Below are positions 1 to 8,420 of a DNA stretch of 32,000 bases, piece by piece. This DNA is from Opitutales bacterium. GTDB lineage: Bacteria > Verrucomicrobiota > Verrucomicrobiia > Opitutales > Coraliomargaritaceae. The stretch covers positions 226,871-258,870 of the forward strand of contig JBMYVL010000001.1 of assembly GCA_049606355.1 (NCBI GenBank), read 5' to 3'. The notes beneath the pieces are model-generated. The model searched no databases. It was not told the origin of the DNA and saw only the letters and a list, made by a program, of their open reading frames with translations. Made by a program: the position numbers and the translations under genes. The stretch's first letter is position 1; each line of letters starts with the position of its first letter.

Positions 1-1219
1 GCTCCGCCTGTAACTTCTCTTGTTGCCGTGCTTCCGCGCTGAGCGCTTCTTGCTTATCAATCTCTATGTATTGAGTGGGCAAGTCGGGCAGCATGAAGGC
101 ATCCGGATCATTGGGGCTCATTAGGCTACGGCCCTTTTCGGTTAAGTCCGCTTGTTGCTGCTTCTCATCGATCACGTAGTACAGCTCTTCCTTGATCGCA
201 TAGCGCTGCTGCTTATTGAAGTCGCTGTTCATCTCGAGGTCGAATTTATCCAGCAGTCGGCGTATCGCCGGCACCTCATTCAGTCGCATGAGTTGCTTAT
301 TCTTCGGCATGCCGAGCTTCACTTTCCATAGCTGTGCAATCGCCTCTTGCTGAGAGTCTGCATCATTGGCTTCCGAATCGAGTACGGCCTTCGCTTCTGC
401 CGCCAGCTGGTTACAGTACGACTGCTGCTTTGAAACCAAATTCTGCACGGATGGGCGGTGCTCCTTGAAGGGGAGCGGATTGTCGTCCTGCATGGGGCCG
501 GAAATGATCAGTGGTGTCCGCGCTTCGTCGACCAAGATGGAATCCACTTCGTCAATGATACAGAAAAAGTGATCGCGCTGCACCTGATCTTCCTTGCGGC
601 TCGCCATGCCATTATCGCGCAAATAATCGAAGCCGAATTCCGAAGCGGTGCCGTAGGTAATATTACACGCATACATCTCCCGGCGGGTCGCCGGGTCCAT
701 GCTGTTTTGAATGCAGCCAACCGTTAGGCCGAGGAAGCGAAAGAGGTGCCCCATCCATTCGGAGTCACGCCGGGCGAGGTAATCATTGACGGTCACCAAC
801 TGCGTGTTGCGCCCGGAGAGGGCATTCAAGTACAGCGGGCAAGTCGATACCAGCGTCTTCCCCTCACCGGTCGCCATTTCCGCAATACGCTTCTCGTGCA
901 AGGCGATGCCCCCTAAAAGCTGCACATCATAATGCACCATGTTCCAGGGCAACTCATGGTCACAGACCTCATAGCTGTTGCCGCACATGCGCCGTGCCGC
1001 GCTTTTCACCGTCGCGAAGGCCTCCGGCAACAGCTCATCCAAGGTCGCACCTTGCTGAAATCGCTCCATATATTCGGCGGTTTTCGCACGGAGCTCGGCA
1101 TCACTGAGCGCTTGAAACTCAAGCTCAAGCGCGTTGATGCGTTCAATCAGTGGGGCACACTTTTTCTGGTACTTCTGATAGTGGCGGCCGGAAAACTTTT
1201 TAAGAAGGCGGGAGATCAT
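1..1219 (-). CDS. secA: Preprotein translocase ATPase SecA, N-terminal ~406 codons (partial; continues past the left window edge)
   Basis: Not in the ORF track because it is open at the window edge. Manual minus-strand translation from ATG at 1219-1217 gives [32 protein letters not shown]... It carries the SecA Walker A motif ([14 protein letters not shown]) and DEAD-like motif ([22 protein letters not shown]). The frame stays open to nt 1. Confidence 0.93.
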   Translation of the reverse strand, partial: MISRLLKKFSGRHYQKYQKKCAPLIERINALELEFQALSDAELRAKTAEYMERFQQGATLDELLPEAFATVKSAARRMCGNSYEVCDHELPWNMVHYDVQLLGGIALHEKRIAEMATGEGKTLVSTCPLYLNALSGRNTQLVTVNDYLARRDSEWMGHLFRFLGLTVGCIQNSMDPATRREMYACNITYGTASEFGFDYLRDNGMASRKEDQVQRDHFFCIIDEVDSILVDEARTPLIISGPMQDDNPLPFKEHRPSVQNLVSKQQSYCNQLAAEAKAVLDSEANDADSQQEAIAQLWKVKLGMPKNKQLMRLNEVPAIRRLLDKFDLEMNSDFNKQQRYAIKEELYYVIDEKQQQADLTEKGRSLMSPNDPDAFMLPDLPTQYIEIDKQEALSAEARQQEKLQAE

Positions 1220-1359
1220 CGGAATCGATTACTACGTGGTGCGGTATAGGTGTTCTGCAGGTGCGGCTCTACTGGACACCGCCCTACCGAAAAAAATCTG
1301 AAACTGATCGAACTGCCTAGTGCTGGCAAGTGCGTTTCCATCCGGCGGCACGACAGCGC

Positions 1360-1647
1360 TCAGTTGCGCTCCGCGCTCAGCCAGGCGATCGTCGCCCCCC
1401 AACTGCCCTCGCTTTGATCCGCCAGTTGAAAGCGCTCCACGCGGCAGTCCCGCTTGAGCAATGCATGCACCGTTTCACGCAAGGTGCCGATGCCCTTGCC
1501 GTGCACGATTCGTACGCGGGTGATGCCCTTTTCTAAACACAGCCCGATGTAATCCGGGATGAGTTCCCCGATCTCATTCGGCCGAAAGGTATGCAAGTCG
1601 AGCTCACCGTTGATCTCAAACTCGATGGGGTCGGGCTCCTCACTCAT
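1360..1647 (-). CDS. Stand-alone Smr (small MutS-related) domain protein, 95 aa
   Basis: [50 protein letters not shown] matches the Smr-domain pattern (LDLHG-like ... IIHGKG.G.L). The ATG at 1647-1645 overlaps the rmuC TGA (1646-1644) as ATGA. Confidence 0.8.
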   Translation of the reverse strand: MSEEPDPIEFEINGELDLHTFRPNEIGELIPDYIGLCLEKGITRVRIVHGKGIGTLRETVHALLKRDCRVERFQLADQSEGSWGATIAWLSAERN

Positions 1648-2891
1648 GCCTCGTCCTTGGCTGCGGTTGGCAGCTTTTCAACCGCACTGAGCTCGGGCAG
1701 CGCGGCGTCGTTCGAGCTTTCCAAGGCCTCAAACTTGCGGGCCGTGACCAACAAACGAGATTCCACCGAACTGATGGCTTTGTTGTAGTGCCCCACCGAC
1801 TGCTCGAGGCTCTTGCCGAGCTTGTTAAAGTGCCCGACCACAACGCCGATGCGCTCATACAGCTCCTTGCCGAGGGCACTGATCTGTTTCGCCTCGCGCG
1901 TAATCGCCTCCTGCTGCCAGCCATAGGCAATCGCCTTGAGCAAGGCGATCAAAGTTGTAGGCGTTGCTAAAATCACTTTATTCGCCACGCCGAGCTCGAT
2001 CAGCTGCGGATCCTGCTCTAAGGCCGCGCTGAAGATCGCTTCATTGGGGAGGAAGAGCACCACAAATTCGGGGGCATTCTCAAATTGCGTCCAATACGCC
2101 TTACTCGACAGACCCTTGATATGCTCGCGGATGTGGCGCGCGTGCGCTTGCATCCGCTCGGTTTGTACATCGGGGCGGTCCGCCTCGAGCGCGTCGAGGT
2201 AGGCGGCGAGCGGCACCTTCGAATCGACCACTACCTGTCGCCCGTTGGGCAAACGAATCAGCATGTCCGGACGCTGCCGCTGGCCATCCGCAGTTTCCAC
2301 GGAGGCCTGCTCTTCAAAATCGCAGTGTTGAATCATTCCGGCCATTTCAACCGTGCGGCGCAATTGTAGTTCACCCCACTGCCCACGAACCTGGGGGGCT
2401 CGCAGCGCTTGCACCAAGCTACCCGTAGTGCGGCTCAACTGTACTTGAGATTCCGCCAACTGTTGCAACTGCTCCTTGAGGCTCGCATCGGTTTCCGTGC
2501 GGCGGCGCTCAATACCGTCGACGCGTTCATTGAAGCGCTTCAATGCCTCACTTACCGGCTCAACCGTTTTGTTGATTGCCTGTTGGCGCTTCTCTAAGTC
2601 CCCCTTGGCCCCTTCTTGATAGGTTTTCAGAGTGGTTTTGGCTAAGTTGAGAAAGTCCGCATTGTTTTTTGAAAGCGCTTCCGCCGACAGCGCCTTAAAG
2701 CTATTTTGCAATTGCGCGCGGGCATCTTCCAACAACGCGAGTTTTTCGTCCGCTCCCTTGAGCTCTGCCTCACGCTGCGCCTGTAGGCCTGCAAGTTGCT
2801 GCTTCGTCTCGCCATGACTTCGTGACAGTACCGCCGCAACCACCGCCGCCCCAAGGACGGCCCCCACTAGCACACCTAACAACAATTCCAT
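1644..2891 (-). CDS. rmuC: DNA recombination protein RmuC (N-terminal TM helix, coiled coil, C-terminal nuclease-like domain)
   Basis: 415-aa ORF with a hydrophobic N-terminus and a long coiled-coil segment. The conserved RmuC C-terminal region is present ([21 protein letters not shown]..., [30 protein letters not shown]). Confidence 0.88.
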   Translation of the reverse strand: MELLLGVLVGAVLGAAVVAAVLSRSHGETKQQLAGLQAQREAELKGADEKLALLEDARAQLQNSFKALSAEALSKNNADFLNLAKTTLKTYQEGAKGDLEKRQQAINKTVEPVSEALKRFNERVDGIERRRTETDASLKEQLQQLAESQVQLSRTTGSLVQALRAPQVRGQWGELQLRRTVEMAGMIQHCDFEEQASVETADGQRQRPDMLIRLPNGRQVVVDSKVPLAAYLDALEADRPDVQTERMQAHARHIREHIKGLSSKAYWTQFENAPEFVVLFLPNEAIFSAALEQDPQLIELGVANKVILATPTTLIALLKAIAYGWQQEAITREAKQISALGKELYERIGVVVGHFNKLGKSLEQSVGHYNKAISSVESRLLVTARKFEALESSNDAALPELSAVEKLPTAAKDEA

Positions 2892-2970
2892 CTCACCATT
2901 GAGTGCGGTTTTGCAGCGCTGGCAACCGCTGACTTGACGCCTTCTCTATAATACTCCCTTTATTCACGCG

Positions 2971-3339
2971 ATGCGCTCAAGCCAACAGATTCGCCAGTTC
3001 ACCACCCGATGCATTTCGGGCGGCTTGGCGGTGCTCATCTGGCTCCTCTCACTCGCCGCTGTCAGCCCAGCGCTGCACCAGTGGCTCCACGCAGAGGAAG
3101 CGACCTGCGAGCACTCTTGCCATGCGCATCACGAAGCGGACCCTGACCCAAATGAAGCAGGCCACGTCTGCGCCGTCACGATTCTGGATCAAGGGGCAAC
3201 CGCCGCGGTGCCAGTGGCACTTCCCCTGCCTACCAAGGTCGCGCTGCAAAGCCTTGCGATCGAGGCGGAGCGCACTTGGTGTGGACAGGCGCCCCTCCGG
3301 CGCTGCGCCCGCGCGCCGCCGACTGTAAGTGTTGGATAA
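2971..3339 (+). CDS. Small membrane-anchored His/Cys-rich protein (122 aa), putative metal-binding partner of the downstream TonB-dependent receptor
   Basis: The N-terminus has a basic stretch and one predicted TM helix (GGLAVLIWLLSLAAV). This is followed by SPALHQWLH-x6-C-x3-C-x-HH-x12-H-x-CAVTILDQG. It ends 60 nt before the receptor start on the same strand. It resembles the DUF2946-like mini-proteins found next to TonB-dependent metal receptors (from memory, not searched). Confidence 0.5.
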   Translation: MRSSQQIRQFTTRCISGGLAVLIWLLSLAAVSPALHQWLHAEEATCEHSCHAHHEADPDPNEAGHVCAVTILDQGATAAVPVALPLPTKVALQSLAIEAERTWCGQAPLRRCARAPPTVSVG

Positions 3340-3398
3340 AGAAACTCAGGTATCTGCAGCTTGCAGGTGCTGAAAAACAAACACTTACAGTCAAAATT

Positions 3399-5552
3399 AT
3401 GAATCGCTTTTTTATTAAAAGCAGCGCCGCTGTCTGCGCTGCACTCAGTTTAACCACACTATCTGCAGACCCCACTGAAGAGGTCTATCAACTCGAGGAC
3501 TTTATCGTCTCTGCCGGCCCTCTGGCTCGACCACTGAACGATTACGCCAGTCCTTTCACTGCACTCGACACCGAGGCCATCCAACGCAGCGGTGCCAACA
3601 CGCTCGGTCAATTACTCGATGGGCAACCCGGCGTCGCAGCCACCAGCTATGGTGCCGCAGCCAGTCGTCCCATTATCCGCGGCATGGACGGTCCGCGCGT
3701 CCGCATCCTCGAAGCGGGCCTCGGCTCACTCGATGTCTCGGAAACCAGCCCGGATCATGCCATCGCCATCGAACCCCTCTTAGTGGAACGCGTGGAAATC
3801 CTGCGTGGCCCCTCCGCGTTACTTTACGGGGGCGCTGCAATCGGTGGGGTCGTCAATGTAATTAGCAAGGAGATCCCGCGCGAACCACTTGGCCCGAAGG
3901 GCTACGAAGGTGCCCTCGAAACACGCTATGACAGCGTTTCGGAGGGGAAAACCTATCTCGGTTATGGCGCCGTCGGCGGTGATAATTGGGCGCTCCGCGC
4001 AACCGGCCTCAGCCGCAAAGCGGACAATTACGAGATCCCCGGTGAGGCGGAACTCCACCACGACGACGGAGAAGCCGAAGAAGATCACGACGACCACGGC
4101 GAAGAAGCGCACGGCGCTACACTCGAAAACAGCTACGTGGAGAACGACTCCTTCTCAGTCGGCGGCACCTGGTTCTTTGGCGAGCAGAACTACCTCGGCG
4201 CCTCCTTCTCGAATTACGAAGCCTTCTACGGAGTGCCCGGCCACGCCCACCACGAAGAAGCGGAAGGTGGAGCCGAACCTGAAGAACACCATGAGGAAGG
4301 CGTCGCGATTGACCTGGAACGCCAGCGGTTCGATCTTGAACTGGCACTCGTTGAACCAAGCAACTGGATCGAAGCCGCTCGCCTCCGCTTTGGCTACACC
4401 GATTACGCTCATGCGGAAGGTGCACATGCAGAAGGTGAACATGCAGAAGAAGCCGAAGGCGATGCTCATGGCGAGGAAGCGCATGGACCCACACGTTTTC
4501 TCCGCGAAGGTTGGGAGCTCCGTGCCGAGGCGACTCATAATGAATGGGGCATCTTCGACGAGGGAATCTTTGGTCTCGAAATCTCCAATGTCGATTTCGA
4601 AGCCACGGGAGAGGAAGTTGAAACTGAAACTGGCGGCTTTGCCTTCGGACCGCCAAGCACCACGCAAACCCAGGCCGCATTCATCTCCGAACACATCCAT
4701 CAGAATGATTGGAGTCTTGAATTGGGAGGACGCCTCGAAGCCCAACAAATCGAGACCACCGGTGCCGCCGATTATGACGACATCGCCTTCAGCCTTGCCG
4801 CTGGCCTAATCTACAGCTTAAACGCAGAAGATTCGCTCGCGCTTTCCCTCCAGCGCTCGCAACGCCATCCAAACTCAACGGAACTGCATGCACAAGGCCC
4901 CCACCTCGCAACTCGACAATATGAAAACGGCGATGCGAGCCTTGGCCTTGAGACCGCTTACAGCCTCGATCTGAGCTATCGCCATCGCAGCAAGGAATGG
5001 AACAACACCTTTTCTGTTTTCTATACACACTGCGTGGACCATATTTACTCGAGCGCGACAGGAGCAACGGATGCCGCCTCCGGACTGGCGATTTATAATT
5101 ATGGTGCCGCCGACTCGGTCTTCTATGGCTTTGAGGCAGAACTCGAGCGTCCACTCATTCAAACCGACCGCCTCCAAGTAAGCGCCGGCTTCTTGATGGA
5201 CTTAGTCAAAGCAGAAAATACGGACACGAATGACAACCTGCCACGAATCCCGCCACTTCGTATCGGGGGTGAGCTACGGGTTGAATCGGGGCCATGGGAA
5301 GGCGGCGTGCTCGTCCGCCGCGTGTTTAAGCAAGATACGCTCGCACCTGAAGAAACGGAAACCGCTGCCTACACCGACTTGCAGCTGGATCTTGCCTACA
5401 ACTTCGCCCTTGCGGGTGGTCCTGTGCTCAGTCTCTTCGCCGAAGCCGACAACCTGCTCGACGAAGACATCCGTCACCACACCTCCTTCCTGAAGGACCT
5501 CGCACCACTCCCAGGTCGCAACCTCACGCTGGGAGCGCGCCTGCAATTCTAA
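3399..5552 (+). CDS. TonB-dependent outer-membrane receptor with three His/Asp/Glu-rich insertions (ZnuD-like metal receptor)
   Basis: An internal ATG at 3399 gives the signal peptide MNRFFIKSSAAVCAALSLTTLSA. A plug domain follows (EDFIVSA..., IIRGMDGPRVRILEAGL, VEILRGPSALLYGGAAIGGVVNV). The barrel ends in the terminal LGARLQF. His-rich insertions lie at nt 4050-4115, 4239-4301 and 4404-4487. The track ORF start at 3276 is judged an over-extension that overlaps the upstream small ORF. Confidence 0.9.
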   Translation: MNRFFIKSSAAVCAALSLTTLSADPTEEVYQLEDFIVSAGPLARPLNDYASPFTALDTEAIQRSGANTLGQLLDGQPGVAATSYGAAASRPIIRGMDGPRVRILEAGLGSLDVSETSPDHAIAIEPLLVERVEILRGPSALLYGGAAIGGVVNVISKEIPREPLGPKGYEGALETRYDSVSEGKTYLGYGAVGGDNWALRATGLSRKADNYEIPGEAELHHDDGEAEEDHDDHGEEAHGATLENSYVENDSFSVGGTWFFGEQNYLGASFSNYEAFYGVPGHAHHEEAEGGAEPEEHHEEGVAIDLERQRFDLELALVEPSNWIEAARLRFGYTDYAHAEGAHAEGEHAEEAEGDAHGEEAHGPTRFLREGWELRAEATHNEWGIFDEGIFGLEISNVDFEATGEEVETETGGFAFGPPSTTQTQAAFISEHIHQNDWSLELGGRLEAQQIETTGAADYDDIAFSLAAGLIYSLNAEDSLALSLQRSQRHPNSTELHAQGPHLATRQYENGDASLGLETAYSLDLSYRHRSKEWNNTFSVFYTHCVDHIYSSATGATDAASGLAIYNYGAADSVFYGFEAELERPLIQTDRLQVSAGFLMDLVKAENTDTNDNLPRIPPLRIGGELRVESGPWEGGVLVRRVFKQDTLAPEETETAAYTDLQLDLAYNFALAGGPVLSLFAEADNLLDEDIRHHTSFLKDLAPLPGRNLTLGARLQF
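4410..4454 (+). repeat. Three tandem imperfect 15-bp in-frame repeats (CATGCRGAAGRWGMN) encoding (H-A-E-G/E-x)3 inside the receptor gene
   Basis: The three units are catgcggaaggtgca (4410-4424), catgcagaaggtgaa (4425-4439) and catgcagaagaagcc (4440-4454). They were read directly from the sequence. Confidence 0.75.
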
Positions 5553-5576
5553 GCTCCACAAAACGGACGCTATTCA

Positions 5577-5606
5577 GGCGGGGCCCACAAAGGCCCCGCC
5601 TTTTTT
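5577..5606 (+). terminator. Rho-independent terminator after the TonB-dependent receptor gene
   Basis: A perfect 9-bp GC-rich stem, GGCGGGGCC (5577-5585) / GGCCCCGCC (5592-5600), has a 6-nt loop (CACAAA). It is followed by TTTTTT (5601-5606), 25 nt after the TAA stop. Confidence 0.78.
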
Positions 5607-5615
5607 GTTTCGGGA

Positions 5616-6083
5616 TTGCCCGTAAAACGAAAGTCACTTTTGTTTAACTCTGTGTCCAAAGCCAGCACCCTACCCGAAATCCTAGACGCCCTCAAAGCCA
5701 GCGGTGCGCGTCTAACCAAAAAGCGGCAGCGCATCTTGGACGCCCTACTCAGCCTCGATCGCCCGGCGACCGCCGAAGAAATCCGCGAACGTGCCGAACT
5801 GCGGCCGACCGATCTGGTCACCGTCTATCGCAACCTCGAAGCCTTTGAATCGATCCATGCACTACAACGGATCCCACTGGAAAACGGCACCCACCTGTTT
5901 GAACTAACGGCACCTGGAGAGCACTACCATCACCTGATCTGCCGGAGTTGCCACAAAGCCGAACGGCTGGATGCCTGTATCGGCCATCAGCTGGAGGATA
6001 AGGCGAAGGCGAAAGGTTTTTCCCAAATCGCACACGTGCTTGAGGTCTACGGGCTCTGCCGAGGCTGTGGCGCCAAGGCCTAA
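5616..6083 (+). CDS. Fur-family metalloregulator (Zur-like by context)
   Basis: A winged-helix N-terminal part is present (ARLTKKRQRILDALLSLDRPATAEEI..., TVYRNLEAFE). The Fur-type metal sites are EHYHHLICRSCHKAERLD and GLCRGCG (CxxC...CxxC). The track start at 5616 is TTG. An in-frame GTG at 5652 (143 aa) is an equally plausible start. Confidence 0.85.
   Translation: MPVKRKSLLFNSVSKASTLPEILDALKASGARLTKKRQRILDALLSLDRPATAEEIRERAELRPTDLVTVYRNLEAFESIHALQRIPLENGTHLFELTAPGEHYHHLICRSCHKAERLDACIGHQLEDKAKAKGFSQIAHVLEVYGLCRGCGAKA
5622..5648. promoter_or_regulatory. AT-rich 27-bp near-perfect palindrome, candidate Fur/Zur-type operator (or RNA hairpin) at the start of the Fur-family gene
   Basis: The sequence is GTAAAACGAAAGT-C-ACTTTTGTTTAAC, with 11 of 13 arm positions complementary. 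It is about 30% G+C in a much GC-richer context. It lies between the terminator T-run and an in-frame GTG at 5652. Confidence 0.4.
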
Positions 6084-6565
6084 TGCTCGTGCGTGCAGCG
6101 TGCTTGACGGCAGAGGCGATAATTCCGCACATGCGCACTCGCCAAAAAGAAGCCACCCAGCACATTGATCCATACTGCCGCTCGTAAAGGCGCCTCGGAG
6201 ACAGCCCCGGTACAATTGGGGCACACCACGGAACAGCCCTCGGTCGACTGAAGCGTAGCAAATTGCTGACGTTCATACACGACCGCAGCCAACAACAGGC
6301 TCAGCCCAATCGCACTGATTGCCGCAGTCCACTTGTCCTTGTGCTTTCGGCAACCCATGCCGATCGCCATCGTGGTGGTCGGGATCACCAAAAACAGCAT
6401 CCAGAGATGAAAATCCTGATGCACAAACAAAGAAGTCGCGACAATCGGCAGCAAGACAATGATGAGCGGCATCAGCAAGCAATGCACCGCGCACACCGCA
6501 GCCATACTGATGGCCAGTTTGTCGAGCCAGCCGCGCGTCATACAGTTGTTGTGGGTCGTAGTCAT
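6080..6565 (-). CDS. MerC-family-like integral membrane protein with Cys/His metal motifs (putative inner-membrane metal transporter)
   Basis: Four predicted TM segments are present, with a CAVHC motif in TM1 (MAAVCAVHCLLMPLIIVLLP). The tail carries VVCPNCTG and a C-terminal CRQARCTHEH. The start is taken as ATG 6565 (MTTTHNNCMTRGW...). The track start at 6637 extends into AT-rich non-coding-looking DNA. Its stop overlaps the stop of the Fur-family gene (6080-6083). Confidence 0.68.
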   Translation of the reverse strand: MTTTHNNCMTRGWLDKLAISMAAVCAVHCLLMPLIIVLLPIVATSLFVHQDFHLWMLFLVIPTTTMAIGMGCRKHKDKWTAAISAIGLSLLLAAVVYERQQFATLQSTEGCSVVCPNCTGAVSEAPLRAAVWINVLGGFFLASAHVRNYRLCRQARCTHEH

Positions 6566-6760
6566 ACGAATTAAACGATACTTAATGTAAAAGACTTTCG
6601 CTAACAGCAAGCCCGATGTTACTTTTTCTCGACGCACGGCTCAGCCCTCAAATCCTGCCCAAAGCAGGCGAACCACTCAAGCATCCCTTGGCTTCCTCAG
6701 CCCTCGACTTTCCGCTTTTTAACCTTCCCACTCGCTGTCCTTCTTCATTTAACTTTCGCT

Positions 6761-7267
6761 ATGAGTGACCCAGACCTCGGCCCCACGGGTGCCATTTGCT
6801 TCGACCTGCCCTCTCCCTACCAGCCGCACCCCTGCGGGCTGCTGCATCTGCCACGCTTTATTGCCAAATGCCGCAAGCACTTGAAGGGTGAATTGCCGAA
6901 ATCCTACCAAAAGAATTTTTGCCGTGGCTTCGACCGCTTCCTGTGCCTACACCTCGGTGTGGATCCGCAACAAGTATTGGATGCGGTCGCAGCAGCGGGT
7001 GACGACGAGCTCGAGCTGGATCGCCTACTCGCCGAATGCTTCCCCGAAGACTTAAACGTCGTCGCGTGGAACCGCGAAGTCGTGCGCAAGGGGCAAACCG
7101 ACGCAGGTCGGGAGTTCCTCGCCGAATCGCTGACCAATATGGGCACGCCGGAAATGATCGGCACAATCGACAGCGTAATGGACATGATGGACTTTGATGA
7201 AGGCCGTATCCCCGGCTTTTCCGATGCGCAACGCGCAGCTTGGGAAAGGGCACAGAAAGGCCACTAA
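6761..7267 (+). CDS. DUF5069-like conserved protein of unknown function (168 aa)
   Basis: The conserved LPR-type motif region LLHLPRFIAKCRKHLKGELPKSYQKNFCRGFDRFLCLHLGVDPQQV matches my recollection of the DUF5069 family. There are no TM segments. It is divergent from the MerC-like gene. Confidence 0.6.
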   Translation: MSDPDLGPTGAICFDLPSPYQPHPCGLLHLPRFIAKCRKHLKGELPKSYQKNFCRGFDRFLCLHLGVDPQQVLDAVAAAGDDELELDRLLAECFPEDLNVVAWNREVVRKGQTDAGREFLAESLTNMGTPEMIGTIDSVMDMMDFDEGRIPGFSDAQRAAWERAQKGH

Positions 7268-7306
7268 GCCTTCAAGCTTGTCATACTGCCGGCTACTACA
7301 GCGAAC

Positions 7307-8335
<1,029 letters not shown>

Positions 8336-8420
8336 GAATCGTGTATAAAAGTCGGAAGGCTTGTTGGTGCAAAGGAATACGACAGTTTTTGCCCTGCGGA
8401 CGAGATAAGCCTGCTCGGGC

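Noticed and set aside
3276-3398. 5' extensions of track ORFs: receptor 3276-3398, ispB-like 8336-8548, ftsK 16989-17126, rhomboid 29382-29483, MerC-like 6566-6637, mutS 9284-9313
   Set aside because: The extensions lack family-typical sequence and overlap neighbouring genes or AT-rich promoter-like DNA. Internal ATGs give canonical N-termini (signal peptide, MAEKKLTPMMQQW, MLYDRPYMR and so on). Exact starts remain unverified.
3889-4809. 306-aa plus-strand ORF (and minus-strand ORFs 4117-4748) inside the TonB-dependent receptor gene
   Set aside because: These off-frame ORFs are generated by the repetitive GAA/GAC/CAC codon runs of the His/acidic insertions. Their products are Lys/Arg/Ser/Thr/Pro low-complexity strings. 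The receptor frame is continuous and ends in a canonical terminal Phe.
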